This document shows positions 1 to 12,242 of a stretch of DNA of 64,000 nucleotides, one piece after another; position 1 is the stretch's first letter; every line of letters begins with the position of its first letter. The translations under genes were made by a program, and so were the position numbers. Below the pieces are notes generated by a model. That model was not told the DNA's origin, did not search any database, and saw only the letters and a list, made by a program, of their open reading frames with translations. The DNA is from Octopus sinensis (taxonomy: Eukaryota): positions 50,902,001-50,966,000 of the forward strand of contig NC_043010.1 of assembly GCF_006345805.1 (NCBI RefSeq). Reading direction: 5' to 3'.

Positions 1-62
1 AAAAAAAACAGAAATAATATGCTAAGAAAAATCCAATATTTTGTTTCTTTTCTTTTGTACAG

Positions 63-176
63 AAGAACGAATGCTTCCGCGCTGCTGTCGAAATGACTGG
101 GAGGCTGTTGATTGCTGCCAAACAAGGTCCTGATAATATTGGGCAGATCACACTGCACACACCTCACATTTTACAG
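63..176 (+). CDS. TRAPPC12: TRAPPC12/TTC15 internal exon (KNECFRAAVEMTGRLLIAAKQG...HILQ)
   Basis: AG at 61-62, GT at 177-178, 114 bp in frame; resembles the vertebrate FRAAVDLCGRLL segment. Upstream exons lie outside the window. Confidence 0.9.
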
Positions 177-427
177 GTAGGTAATTTGGGGTCTTGTGCT
201 AAAGACATTTGAAGAGATTCCATGCAGTTCACATCAGTCATAAGAAAATTTTGGGCAGGTCTAACAGCAAACACTTCACGCTTAAACAGGTGGGGCATTG
301 AAGGTCTGGTGATGCTGGTGACGCTGGTGTTGGTGGTATTATCAGTTATAGGAGAAATAGCCCTAAAAACAGGTTTGATGATATAAGCAGGAAAACAGAA
401 TTTGAAACATGAGTTTCTTGTATATAT

Positions 428-833
428 AGCGCAGGAGTGGCTGTGTGGTAAGTAGCTTGCTTACTAACCACATGGTTCCAGGTTCATTCCCACTGAGTGG
501 CACCTTTGGCAAGTGTCTTCTACTATAGCCTCAGGCCGACCAAAGACTTGTGAGTGGATTTGGTAGCTGGAAACTGAAAGAAGCCCGTCGTATGTATGTA
601 TATATATATATGTGTGTGTGTATATATTTGTGTGTTTGTGTTTGTCCCCCCAACATCGCTTGACAACCGATGCTGGTGTTTTTACGTCCCCGTAACTTAG
701 CGGTTCGGCAAAAGAGACCGATAGAATAAGTACTAGGCTTACAAAGAATAAGTCCTGGGGTCGATTTGCTCGACTAAAGGCTGTGCTCCAGCATGGCCAC
801 AGTCAAATGACCGAAACCAGTAAAAGAGTAAAG
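428..833 (+). mobile_element. tRNA-derived SINE family A (full copy; more than 20 full or partial copies in the window)
   Basis: A-box TGGCTGTGTGG, B-box GGTTCA(G/T)TCCC, internal (TA)n/(TG)n linker, AAAGAGT tail. Recurs at about 4591, 14905, 23685, 28214, 30190, 32480, 36400, 40975, 55890 and elsewhere. Confidence 0.85.
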
Positions 834-869
834 AAGTATATATTTTTTGTATCTTTTTACTTGTTTGTG

Positions 870-1152
870 AAGGCGCATGACTCAGTGGTTAGAGTGCTGG
901 GCTCACAATCATGAGGTAGTGAGTTTCACATTATTCCAGTTCACTCAACTGTAGAAATGAGTTGCAACATCACTGGTGTTAAGCTGTACCAGCCCTTGGA
1001 TAACATCAGTGGTATGGAGAGAGGAAACTGCTATGCATGGGCAACTGGTGGTCTTCCGTAAACAACTTTGCTCGGACTTGTGCCCCAGAGGGTAACTTTC
1101 TAGGTGCAATCCCATGGTCATTCATGACTGAAGGGGGTCTTTACCTTTTACC
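870..1152 (+). mobile_element. tRNA-derived SINE family C (second copy 62222-62575)
   Basis: GGCGCATG(A/G)CTCAGTGGTTAG head; body shared with 62222-62575 and partial copies at about 9330, 31000, 47000, 47660. Confidence 0.7.
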
Positions 1153-1340
1153 ATTATTTGCCTAACTCGTTAGACTGCAGTTATGCTGTGGCACTGTCCT
1201 GAAGGGTTTAGTCAAATGAATCACCCCAAGAACTTAATTTTTTTTAAAGCCCTGGTTCTTATTCTATTGGTCTCGTTTTGCCAAACTGTTAAGTTATATG
1301 GATATAAGCAAACCAACACTGGTTGATGAGTGGTGGCAGG

Positions 1341-1373
<33 letters not shown>

Positions 1374-1459
1374 ACACATTTCCAGGTCAACCAAAGCTTT
1401 GTGAATGGATTTGGTTTGACAAAATCTGTGGAAATGCATTCTCTCTCTCTCTGTATATG

Positions 1460-1495
<36 letters not shown>

Positions 1496-1977
1496 TATGT
1501 GTGTGTGTATGTGTGTGCACATGCATGCAGACAAGTATGTGTGTGTGTGTGTGTGATGATGATGATGTGTGTGTGTGTAAATTTATGTATATAATTTAGA
1601 GAAAAACCTCTATTAAACAATACAATAATGAAAGATGTTATTCATACCATATAGAAAATAGTAGTAAAAAGACTACACTGTACAAAAAAACAATAAATAA
1701 ATAGTATATTCATAAATATATTATAAATAATATATTTGTGTCTCCTTGTCTTGCTTATTGCATAATGGTTGTAAATGGATGTCATTCATTTCCAATATCT
1801 TTCAAAATCATGTTTGGCCATGGATAAAAAAGTAAAGGTTGGTAATAGAAAAGGCATCCAGCTGTAGAAAATCTGCCTCACTAAACTCCATCTAACCCAT
1901 GCAAGCATGGAAAAGTGGATGTTAAAACAATGATGATGATGGTTTCTGCTTTTCTATGTCTTTCATAATTATTCCAA

Positions 1978-2364
1978 ACTAGCAGTATCGCCCGGCGTTG
2001 CTCGGGTTTGTAAGGGAAATAACTATAAAGCATTTTTAGAGAGTTATAGCCCAAAAATAGCAAAAAAATGGGAACAAAAATTATGGTAAATTTTTTTTGA
2101 TAGTTAAAAAGGTCGAGTTGCGTCCCCTAGACCATCTGTGGTTTGTGTTTCTGATTGTTGACCCCATGTCGAATTTATCGATCTTTTTCAGAACTGGGGG
2201 AACTTTTCAAAATTTTCGCTGCGTTAGTTTTGAATTATGACATTGGGCTATGTGTGTGTCAAGTTTCATCAGAATCGGTTGAAAGCCGTGGTCTGGGTGA
2301 GGGTACAAGCAAACAGACACACAGAAACACGCACAGACAAACTGCCGTTTATATAGAGAGAGAT
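1978..2364 (+). mobile_element. Helentron-associated (HINE/DINE-1-like) non-autonomous element
   Basis: Starts ACTAGCAGTATCGCCCGGCGTTGCTCGGG (short internal inverted repeat), has a CAGA/CACA microsatellite near the end and a TTTATATAGAGAGAT-like terminus. Confidence 0.55.
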
Positions 2365-2623
2365 TCTTCTATTGTTTCTTCAGTTTTTCATCCCAATTTT
2401 TTTTATCAAATATTTTTCCTTTTTCTTCAGTTTTTCCCCTTAAATTTCTTCTTCCATTTATTTTTTCTCTTTTTATAATCTGTTTTTTTTTCTTCTCTTT
2501 ATTAATCTTTCTGTTCATTTATTTTCCATTAAAAGTTTTTTTTTTTCTCCTTTCACTTTTTGTCTCCAATCAACAATATCTTCAATTAATTTTTCCATTT
2601 TCCTTTTACATTTCAATCACCAG

Positions 2624-2762
2624 ATTTGGTTTTGTAGAATTGCATTGTTGTTAAAGCTACGGCTTTACACTGTTGCTCATTCTGAACTGCAGAACTTCAA
2701 GAACCTCGACACACCCGATCTCTACTACCAATACTACCCTGGCAATTATCCTGGACGAAAGG
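2624..2762 (+). CDS. TRAPPC12: TRAPPC12 exon (IWFCRIALLLKLRLY...PDLYYQYYPGNYPGRKG)
   Basis: cag|ATT...AAGG|gt; matches the conserved LWFVRLALLVKL...PDLYYEYYP..YPGRRG motif; ends phase 1. Confidence 0.95.
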
Positions 2763-3258
2763 GTAATTAAGTCTCTACTTTTGAGTTTCTCTTCTCCTTT
2801 TCTTTCATCCAATCACACAGAGACTCAGTCATGTGGCATACCCTAGCTAGTATAGCTTAGAAATGTCTTCCAGTTGTCTGAATACCATTTTATCTTGACA
2901 TTCAAAGGTCTTTTGTATGTTGAGCTCTCTTCTAATTCCCTTTGCTTCCATAAAAATACTGCTATTCTTAATGTATTTTCTGGCATACTAGTTGATGTAA
3001 ACATGAAGTGTAAACACTCAAACCTCATTTCTGTCTTTCCAAATTCCATTTCACTTGGAATTTTTGGTTGAGCTCCTGAATTTGGGTCTGGAAAATTTTA
3101 TTTGTATGCCAGAAAATACAGTATCAACAACTCCTTGTTGTTGTATTTTAGAGTTGAGTTTAATAAGATCAGCTTTACAGTTATGCCATATATTTAGGTA
3201 GGTTGTTGGTTTAGAGTAGCAAGCCAAAGCAAGAAAGAAGGGTTGTGAAATGGGAATG

Positions 3259-3400
3259 AAATACTGAGGGACCATATTCATGAGTAATGGGAAGCAGAAG
3301 GCTGAATTGGATGCTAGAAGTGCAGGTACTGGCATAGTAATGTGCCAATTCCAATTCCAGCATTCGGTCCTTAGAAAGGAAGCCAGAATTATTAGCACAC
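3259..3400 (+). mobile_element. Decayed RTE-type reverse-transcriptase fragment
   Basis: Reads KY*GTIFMSNGKQKAELDAR..., resembling the FKYLG..FTS.G....EID.R motif; internal stop. Confidence 0.45.
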
Positions 3401-3629
3401 TGGATGAAATGCTTAGCAGTATTCCGCCTGTCGCTACGTTCTGAGTTCAAATTCTGCCAAAGTTGACTTTGCCTTTCATCCTTTCGATGTCAATAAATTA
3501 AGTACCAGAGGAACATTGGGGTTGATGTAATTGACTATCCCCTCCCCCAAAATTTCAGGCCTTGTACCTATAGTAGAAAGGATTATTATTATTATTATTA
3601 TCATTATTATTATTATTATTGTATTTCAG

Positions 3630-3742
3630 GTTCTATGGTCCCATTTGGTCTTCGTCTTTTGGATGCTCAACTTCCATTTTATCTTGGACACAACAAAGAT
3701 GCAGTAGACAAATTGTATTATATTCTTTCCGTTGTGCAACAG
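3630..3742 (+). CDS. TRAPPC12: TRAPPC12 exon (GSMVPFGLRLLDAQLPFYLG...SVVQQ)
   Basis: cag|GT TCT ATG...CAG|gt; GSMVPF motif; phase consistent with both neighbours. Confidence 0.95.
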
Positions 3743-5309
3743 GTGAGGGCAGGTACATTGTATTGTTGTGTATGCGTGTTAGAGATGAGATACAACCAAT
3801 TTTCTGGGGTTTTTTTTGGAGAGTGTGCAATGACCGTGATCATGGCCCTTTTTTCAGTACCTCTGAAACAGCTGGGATGAAATGTGGAAATTATTCTCTG
3901 ACTGGAGCCCTGAGTCAAATGTTTGCAACAGTGTGGATTTAGCAAAAGATATCCAGGGACTGCATGGCTGGGTTAAACTAAGTAATGGATTAAGTCTACC
4001 ACCTAAAGATGTGAATATTCCCTCTTGAAGACTTCCAAGCAGTTTCTGCCTTCCAAATTCGACTGACCCTAGGCTATGAAAAAGGGATTAAGTGTCATTA
4101 ATATTCATCACCATCATTAAACATCTATTTTTCATGCTAGCATGGGTTCGATGGTTTGATAGAGTTTGTGAGTTGCGGGGCTGTGTTGAGCCCCAGTGTC
4201 AGCTATGGTTTCTATAGTTGGATGCCCTTCCTGTCACCAACCCCTTTATAGAGTATACTGGGTGCTTTTTTCATGCCACTGGTTCTTGGCTCTAGTGTGG
4301 TCACAAAGTGTATTATTATATTATATATATAGTATTACTATCCTATAATATTAATACTATCAATAATTAATATGCCAATTTGTTCTTTTTGTACATACAT
4401 GTCATGTGTGTCACAATTCTAAAGAAGAAGTGAGTGGCAAAGCGAGAGAGAGGAGGACAGATAGGAAGTCAGAGAGAAAGGGAAAGTGAGAGAGAATATG
4501 AGAGAGAGAGAGAGAGAGAAAGATAGTGAGTGGTGACAGCATTCGTTCTGTGTTTTTTAAATGTTTATCTCATCGCAAGAAAAGTAAATTCAGGCGCAGG
4601 AGTAGCTGTGTGGTAAGTAGCTTGCTAACCGACCACATGGTTCCAGGTTCAGTCCCACTGCATGGCATCTTGGGCAAGTGTCTTCTGCTATAGCCCCAGG
4701 CCAACCAATGCCTTGTGAGTGGATTTGGTAGACGGAAACTGAAAGAAGCCTGTTGTATATATGTTATGTGTTTGTGTGTCTGTGTTTGTCCCCCTAGCAT
4801 TGCTAGACAACCGATGCTGGTGTATTTACGTTCCCATCACTTAGCAGTTCGGCAAGAGAGACCGATAGAATAAGTACTGGGCTTACAAAGAATAAGTCTC
4901 GGGGTCGATTTTCTTGACTAAAGGCAGTGCTCTAGCATGTCCGCAGTCAAATGACTGAAACAAGTAAAAGAGTAAAAAAAGAGAGAGAGTAAAGAGAGAT
5001 ACATACACACATTGTTAAATTAAAAGCGAGAGAGAGGAGGGACACAGAGGAAGTGAAAGAGAAAGTGAGAGAGACAGATACATAGATCCAAAGAAAAGCT
5101 ATTGGTCAGCCCAGTGCAAAAATAGAAGATGCTTGTTTAGTGGGACTGAACCTGAAACCCATGTGGTTACAAAGTGAGTTTTTTAACCACACAGCCATGC
5201 CGGTGCCTATACATAATCAAATGAAAATTTCGTATGAAAGATGTTAAGTAGCTTGTTTATTTGCTTTAACATATTTGTATTACATCTGTATTACATCTGT
5301 CTATCACAG

Positions 5310-5382
5310 ATCATTTCAAATCTTGAAAGTGGTTTATCAGAAGATGGCTCTTCAGTGGAACTGACTCCAGAATCTAAGAAAG
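5310..5382 (+). CDS. TRAPPC12: TRAPPC12 exon (IISNLESGLSEDGSSVELTPESKK)
   Basis: cag|ATC...AAAG|gtaag, 73 bp; matches ILANLEQGLAEDG. Confidence 0.92.
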
Positions 5383-5430
5383 GTAAGATTTTTGTGATTT
5401 TGCTGTTGCTGTTGTGTTGCCAGCTTCACA

Positions 5431-5716
5431 GTTGAAGTGGGCTGTTGGTGGGTTCTGTTGGGCATTCATTCTGCAAAGGTGTGACTGAGCTTGGAGTTAT
5501 TGGCACAGCAAAGAGGAAAGCCATAGATTCCATTACTGATTCTGCAGAGAATTCCAGGCCACTAGGTGGGTTTGAATAAAGAGGACAAACCAGTGGTTTG
5601 CTGCTATTGGAATGCAATTTAGGACTTGATCAACACTGGCTGGGTCAACTGGATGAAGGCATCTGTTTCTGAAAATTCCCAAACTCCTCAAGACCCCAGA
5701 AATGTCACTGATGGTG
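5431..5716 (+). mobile_element. HERO-like (RLE) non-LTR retrotransposon 3' relic
   Basis: With frameshifts reads VEVGC-GF-GHSFCKGVTELGVIGTAKRKAIDSITDSAEN-TRWV*IKRTNQW, like the EVGCRGF...RWLWIKR end of HERO restriction-like endonucleases. Confidence 0.6.
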
Positions 5717-7239
5717 CAAATCTGTGTATTGTATCTTGGAACTAGGCTCAAATCAACCCTGATTAAGTAGATCCAAAATCAAAGGCATTCTAGCCATGAC
5801 TTGACCGTCTTATTCGTTTGTGTCTCAGAGAAGATACAATATTATTCAATAAGTCTCTCTTTATTTAAGATGTTAGATTGTGATTGAAGGAAAATTTGGC
5901 TGCTATTTCTAGCAAGTTGAGTAACTATGTAGATCAAGGGTTCTCAACCTTTTTAATATCCGGACTAGATTCAAAACCTGGATTTTTTCAGAGAGCCACA
6001 CTAAAAAAGATAAAACACAAGTCATTTATGACAAATTTATATTTAATGGCAGTGCCCCAGCATGGCCACAGCTCATGAGCTGAAACTAGATAAAATATAA
6101 CTAGATAAAATATAATATATATATACATTTATATAAATATAAAAAATATATTGCGGGAAAAATGTTGAGGAGCACATACGGCCTTGAGGGCCGAGGTTGA
6201 GGGAACTACTGATTAGATGCTTGTTTGCTGGCTTGTCCTCTGATGGAAGGATATTGGAATTAACTAATTTTTTACATGACAACACACATATATCAGCATT
6301 TACACATACACACACAAACTCTCTCTCTCTGAAATAACCAAGTGTATTCATAGCTTGGAAATAAGTTTTGAGAAGAGCAGGTAGAGTCAAACTGACTTGC
6401 TCTATCAAGAAACACCACGTAAACTCTACAAGGTGGTGAGCTAGCTGAATCCTTAGCATGCCAAACCATATGCTAAGTGGCATTTCTTCCAGCTCTTTAT
6501 GTTCTAAGTTCAAATCACACTGGGCTTGGCCTTTCATTCTTCTAGGATCAATAAAATAAAATGAAATATGTGTTGAGCACTGGGGTTGGTATAATTGACA
6601 AGCTCCCACCTGCTGAAATTGTTGGCCTTGTGTCAAAACTTGAAACAATTAAAAGTGCTGACATGGCTGTGTGGCAAGATGCTTGCTATGTGATCATGTG
6701 GTTTTTGGTTCAGTCCCTCTGTGCAGCACCTTTGGGCAAGTCTCTTCTACTCTAGTCTCAAGAGTGTATTTGGTAGACAAAAAAGGTGTGGAAACCATTG
6801 TATATGTATGCATGTATGTGCAGGTGTGGCCTTGTGGTAAGAAGCTTGCTTCCCAATCACATGGTTCTGTATTCAGTCCTACTGTGTGACACCTTGGGCA
6901 AGTGTCTTCTACTATAGCTTTGGGCTGACCAAAGCCTTGGGAGTGGATTTGCTAGATGGAAACTGAACGAAGTGCGTTATATATATATGTGTGTGTGTGT
7001 GTGTCTGTTCCCCCCGCCATCGCTTGACAACTGATGTTGGTGTGTTTACGTCCCCCATAACGTAGCAGTTCAGCAAAAGAGACCAATAGAATAAGTACCA
7101 GGCTTACAAAGAATAAGTCCTGGGGTCGATTGCTTTGACTAAAAACCCTGTAAATGTCAGTGGATTAGTGGGTTACAACACACACCAAGTTAGTTACTGA
7201 TTTATTGCTATTGTAGTCCTTTTGTTTTTATATTTTTAG

Positions 7240-7313
7240 CTTCCCTTGAACTATGGTCCAAGCGACAGTGTCAAGTGATGTATATCATTGCCAACATACT
7301 TCTGTCCATCAAG
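7240..7313 (+). CDS. TRAPPC12: TRAPPC12 exon (ASLELWSKRQCQVMYIIANILLSIK)
   Basis: ttag|CT...AAG|gtaag, 74 bp; matches ASIRLW...VMYSMANCLLLMK. Confidence 0.92.
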
Positions 7314-7417
7314 GTAAGTTAGATTGGCTACTTTGATTATATTTATAACTGTGACTATCCATGTACAAGCCAAATGTCTTGCTAAAGGTCTTGAGGAAAT
7401 GACAGTTTGGGTTTTAC

Positions 7418-7651
7418 TTGACCCTTTAGCATTTAAGCTGGCCATGTTAGGCCAAAATATTCTACTTGTTTTATGTTCACAGTGGCTAGATCCAGCCTTT
7501 CATGCCTAGCCTACAATGTCATTGTAGAAATAAAATGACATCATTGAAATCTTGAAGCTCTGAGATAATGCATGACTAATTCAAAACAATGTGAATAAAT
7601 AAGCAAATAAGCCTGACATTTGACAAAGTAATCTGAATGCTAAGGGGTTAA
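7418..7651. mobile_element. piggyBac-like MITE family 1
   Basis: TT(G/A)A-CCCTTTAGCATT ... AATGCTAAGGGG-TTAA termini; other copies at about 8690-8830, 21640-21792, 31728-32324, 57190-57380. Confidence 0.65.
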
Positions 7652-7738
7652 AATTTCAAATTTTAGCACACACACACACACACACCGTCTCTCTCTCTCT
7701 GTTTCTGTCCCTTAACTAGTTTATTTCTCATGCTGTAG

Positions 7739-7837
7739 GATTATGTAGCTGCCCTCGATGTCTATCAAGAACTACTGAAGAAAGATGCGGATAGTCAGAG
7801 TGCTTTGCTAACTGGCATTGGACGTATATTCCTCCAG
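7739..7837 (+). CDS. TRAPPC12: TRAPPC12 TPR exon (DYVAALDVYQELLKK...LLTGIGRIFLQ)
   Basis: tag|GAT...CAG|gt, 99 bp; matches DYVLAV...LLSGIGRISLQ. Confidence 0.93.
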
Positions 7838-8126
7838 GTGGGTATTATTTTTGAAAGATTATATTTCATTCTTTATTCTGCTTTTGTTTTTTTTTTAAAG
7901 TAAAAACAATGTTTTGGTCGACCTGCACTCAGTTGTTACATCAGATTAATTGAAATATCTTATAAAAACTTAAGACCCATTGTTTTTAATAACTTTCTAA
8001 TTTTGGAATATATAAATATATACACATGTACATCTCTCTCTCTCTCTCTCTCTCGCTATATCATCATCATCATCATCATCGTTTAACGTCCGTTTTCCGC
8101 GCTAGCACGGGTTGATATATATATAT

Positions 8127-8450
8127 ATGAGGTGGTCAAGCATGACCTTCGAATGTTGGGCCTCACTGAGGCAATGACGAAAGACCGAGATCTCTGGAGA
8201 TATGGAGTGGCTGCGAAGACCCGACAAATAGCGCAAGTTCATGGGTGTTTCCTGCACCACCTTCACATACCAGCCCCAGCCCATCCAAAGTACCTTGGAT
8301 CGCAGGACGGCCTGCTGTGCTTGCCTTGGATCATAGGGTGACCTACTGTGCTTGAGGAGACCTATTGAGTCAAGTACATCAACATCAAAATAAAAATCAA
8401 ATGGAAATTGTGCTGGTGACACGTAAAAAGCACCATCCGAACATGGCTTT
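8127..8450 (+). mobile_element. RTE LINE 3' end (ORF C-terminus plus 3' UTR)
   Basis: EVVKHDLRMLGLTEAMTKDRDLWRY is a typical RTE ORF end; the downstream UTR recurs at 9722-10170, 24765-25035, 35705-35900, 39930-40380 with (GAT)n tails. Confidence 0.7.
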
Positions 8451-8458
8451 CTGTGTTC

Positions 8459-8494
8459 CTTTCTGTGGAAGAGTGTAGGCTCGAAATGTAAAAG
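8459..8494 (+). ncRNA. Decayed minimal hammerhead-like motif
   Basis: cttt-CTGTGGA-A-GAGT gtag GCTC-GAAA-TGT-A-aaag; same family as 52607-52639, but core A6 is T and the stem III palindrome is broken. Confidence 0.45.
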
Positions 8495-8582
8495 ACTTTT
8501 TCAATTCCTGAGCGTTATACTAATACATCTGTTTGTTTTCTACACCACCTGTCTTCGTCTTTAGTTTTTTTCATGAATTCTC

Positions 8583-8622
<40 letters not shown>

Positions 8623-8852
8623 CTCACCATCTTTGTGTGTGGATGTATGTAAGCATATGCTGTATATATATATATTGCAGCTAGCCTCAATATTCCCAAC
8701 AATGTCATTCTAAAAACAAACAATCACATCATGGAAATCTCAAAGCTACAGAATAATGCATGATTAATTCAGAACAATGTTAATAAATAGCATTATATTC
8801 AACAGAGTAATCTGAATGCTAAGGGATTAAAAGGTTTCACTTTCCTTTTCAG

Positions 8853-8947
8853 ATGGGAGATATTGGAACAGCAGAAAGTTATTTCAAGAAATCTGAAGAT
8901 CTCAATTCTGGAAAAAAACGCAGTGCTGCAAAGACTGCTTTAAACAA
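8853..8947 (+). CDS. TRAPPC12: TRAPPC12 exon (MGDIGTAESYFKKSEDLNSG...ALN)
   Basis: ttcag|ATG...AACAA|gttagt, 95 bp, ends phase 2; matches IGDIKTAEKYF. Confidence 0.9.
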
Positions 8948-9721
8948 GTTAGTTTGACTTTTTTTTTTGTTTGTTTGGTTTTGTTTTTTGTTTTTCACAT
9001 TTGTTGCATTTTGTTGTTGTTGATTTGAAACTTTCTCAACTCTTCCTGTCTCTTGATCTCTTGTTTGTTTTACGTCCATTTGTCCACGTCAGCATGGGTT
9101 AGTTGACTATATTATTGTGCTATTATATTTTACCTTTGTTTTCCAAGTAAGGAATCCATGCCTCTTCAAAGATGCAAAGCCAGTGGATGATTTGTTGACA
9201 AGGGAAATGACAGCAATATTCACTGATTCTAGCTTGGAGAAGTGTAGATGGAAACAAACACAAAAACATATGCACATACACACACACACACACACAATTA
9301 GTGATTAGAGGTATTTGGCTAACAGTTGTAAGGTTGTGAGTTTGATACCTGTCAGTGCATTGTGACCTTGAGCAAGAGACTTTATTTCATGTTGCTCCAA
9401 TTCACTCAACTGGTAAAAATGAGTCGTACCTGTATTTCAAAGGGCCATCCTTGTCACTCTCTGTGTCATGCTGAATCTCCCTGAGAACTACATTAAGGGT
9501 ATACGCATGTCTGCGGAGTACTCAGCCACTTGCATGTTCATTTCATGAGTAGGCAGTTCCATTGATGGGACCAACTGGAACCCTCATCCTTATAACTGAC
9601 GAAATGCTAGTTAGTTGTGGCAAATCATTTTAGAGTCTTGCTCATTAGATCATCATTGGTTCAGTTTAATTGCTAATGGTGATACCTGTCAGCAGGTATT
9701 GCACCTGCTTCATCAACTAAC

Positions 9722-10170
9722 CTCGGCTCGCAGGACGGCCTGCTGTGCTAACATTGGATCGTAAGGCGACCTGCTGTGCTTGAGGATACCTATTGGGTCA
9801 AGTACATTTATATCAAAATAAAAATCAAATGGAAATTGTAGTTGTGATACCCATGCTGGTAGCACGTAAAAAGCACCATCCAAACGTAGTCAATGCCAGC
9901 GCCGCCTTGACTGGCTTCCGTGCTGGTGACATGTAAAAAGCACCAACTGATCGTGGCCGTTTGCCAGTCTCCTCTGGCCCCTGTGCCGGTGGCACGTAAA
10001 AATCACCCACTACACTCACGGAGTGGTTGGCGTTAAGAAGGGCATCCAGCTGTAGAAACACTGCCAGATCAGACTGGAGCCTGGTGCAACCTCCTGGCTT
10101 CCCAGACCCCGGTCAAACCGTCCAACCCATGCTAGCATGGAAAACGGATGTTAAACGATGATGATGATGA
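9722..10170 (+). mobile_element. RTE 3'-UTR-derived repeat with (GAT)n tail
   Basis: Shares sequence with 8290-8450; ends GTTAAACGATGATGATGAT. Confidence 0.7.
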
Positions 10171-10207
10171 TTTGATCATGCAACTTTCTGTTTTTTTTAA
10201 CTTTCAG

Positions 10208-10295
10208 AGGACTTGTTGCATTGTGTACCAGCAACTTTCATGAAGCATTCCAACATTTCAAAGCTGCCGTTGTTGAAGACCCCAGTAATCCAGTG
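10208..10295 (+). CDS. TRAPPC12: TRAPPC12 TPR exon (GLVALCTSNFHEAFQHFKAAVVEDPSNPV)
   Basis: ttcag|A GGA...GTG|gtatgt, 88 bp; TPR-like NFAEA..F...DPRNAV match. Confidence 0.92.
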
Positions 10296-10961
10296 GTATG
10301 TATATTGATGTCACCCCTAAAAATCTTCAGTACTCCTTTTCCTTTAATTTTGTATCAAATTTAACAATAGAGTCTCCATACCTGGAGTTCTTAATCCTTT
10401 TATGTTTCCAGTTCCCCAAAAGATTGCCCAATATGTTCTCATACTTGGCTGTGTGGTTAAGAAGCTTGCTTCCCAGCTGTGTGATCTTGGGTTCATTCCC
10501 TCTGCACAGCACCTTGGGCAAGTGTCTTCTATTATATCCCTAATATCCCTAAACCAACCAAAACTTTGTGAGTGTGTTTGGTTCATAGAAACTGAAAGAA
10601 GGGCAGCAAGCTGGCAGAAACGTTAGCACACCGGACGAAATGCTTAGCGGTATTTCGTCTGCTGTTACGTTCTGAGTTCAAATTCCGCCAAGGTTGACTT
10701 TGCCTTTCATCCTTTCAGGGTCGATAAATTAAGTACCAGTTATGCACTGGGGTCGATGTAATCGACTGAATACCTTTGTCTGCTCTTGTTTGTCCCCTCT
10801 GTGTTTAGCCCCTTGAAATAAGAAGTTTGCTGCCCGACCACATGGTTTCTAGCTGCATGGAATCTTAGGTGAGTGATTTGTAGTGTTGCTCCTGACTTGA
10901 CTGAAGCTTTGTGAGTGGATTTGGTAGATGGAAACTGAAAGAGCCTATCCATCCATCCATC

Positions 10962-10999
<38 letters not shown>

Positions 11000-11244
11000 C
11001 ATCTTGCCATGATATAGCTTGATAATTGTAAGCAAGTGCCACTTTCATTCAAACAGTGTCTTTCATTTCCAGTCTATTGTGAAAACTTGTTTAGTCATGG
11101 GGAAACATTATTACCTTACTTGGAAATAGGTGAGGTTTGGCAACAGGAAGGGCATCCAACCGTAGAAAATCCTCCTCAACAAATTCCATCCGCCCCATGC
11201 AAGTATGGAAAGGTTTTTGTAAAATGATGGTGCTACTGCAGCTT

Positions 11245-11622
11245 TGTTTGTTTGTTGAGCAAAGCGGTCTTCGTCCCGTCTGTAGTGGGAGAAGTCCAAA
11301 ATGTGGTCCTTTGCTATTCGTAAGACCCGCAGAAGAGAAAGCAGGTCAACCCCCGACACCGAGAGCATCGACGGATGGATGAATGTGCATCCGGGCTCAG
11401 CGGTTGCGTAGGAAGTCGGGGACAAGAAACAGGAAGAAAGAGTGAGAGAAAGTTGGAAAGAAAGAGTACAACAGGGGTCGCCACCACCCCCTGCCGGAGC
11501 CTTGTGGAGCTTTAGGTGTTTTCGCTCAATAAACACACACACAACGCCTGGTCTGGGAATCGAAACCATGATCCTCCGACCGCGAGTCCGCTGCCCTAAC
11601 CATTGGGCCATTGCGCCTCCAC
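11245..11622 (-). mobile_element. tRNA-headed SINE (family D)
   Basis: Minus strand begins GGAGGCGCAATGGCCCAATGGTTAGGGCAGCGGACTCGCGGTC...GGTTTCGATTCCC (A/B boxes) and continues into a non-tRNA body. Confidence 0.6.
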
Positions 11623-11698
11623 TGCTGCTGCAGCTGATGTTGATGTCGAAACCAGAACTTCCTTGTTACTTATTGTTTGTTTGTTTGTGTATTTGCAG

Positions 11699-11941
11699 GC
11701 AGTGAACAACATGGCCGTATCGTCACTGTATTTAGGCAAACTGAAAGATGCTCTGGACACTTTGGAAGACCTCGTCCAATCAGACCCAACACACAACCTT
11801 CATGAAGGCATATTATTTAACTTATGCACTCTGTACGAGCTGGAATCATCACATGCACCACAAAAGAAGCAAGCCTTACTTAGCCTTGTCAGTAAACATA
11901 AAGGGGACAGCTTTCATGTTGCTTGTCTTAAAATGTCATAG
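11699..11941 (+). CDS. TRAPPC12: TRAPPC12 last coding exon ([19 protein letters not shown]...[12 protein letters not shown])
   Basis: gcag|GCA...TAG; strong match to the conserved C-terminus LYLGKLKD...LFNL.T.YELESS...KKQALL...GDSF...CLK. Confidence 0.96.
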   Translation, partial: AVNNMAVSSLYLGKLKDALDTLEDLVQSDPTHNLHEGILFNLCTLYELESSHAPQKKQALLSLVSKHKGDSFHVACLKMS

Positions 11942-12055
11942 ACTAAATTTGACTTAAGGGACTTCTTAACAAATGAACCAACAACACAAGATGGACGTTG
12001 GATGTTTATATTTTGACAATGCTTCATCAGTAACTTTGAATCACTTTTTGCTTAA

Positions 12056-12057
<2 letters not shown>

Positions 12058-12096
<39 letters not shown>

Positions 12097-12167
12097 ACAC
12101 ATATATATATATACACACACATATATATATATATATATACACACACATATATATATATATAACACAC

Positions 12168-12242
<75 letters not shown>

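Noticed and set aside
428-510. tRNA genes at SINE heads (also 11550-11622, 62222-62300)
   Set aside because: A/B boxes are present but there is no complete cloverleaf, and each runs into a repeated SINE body.
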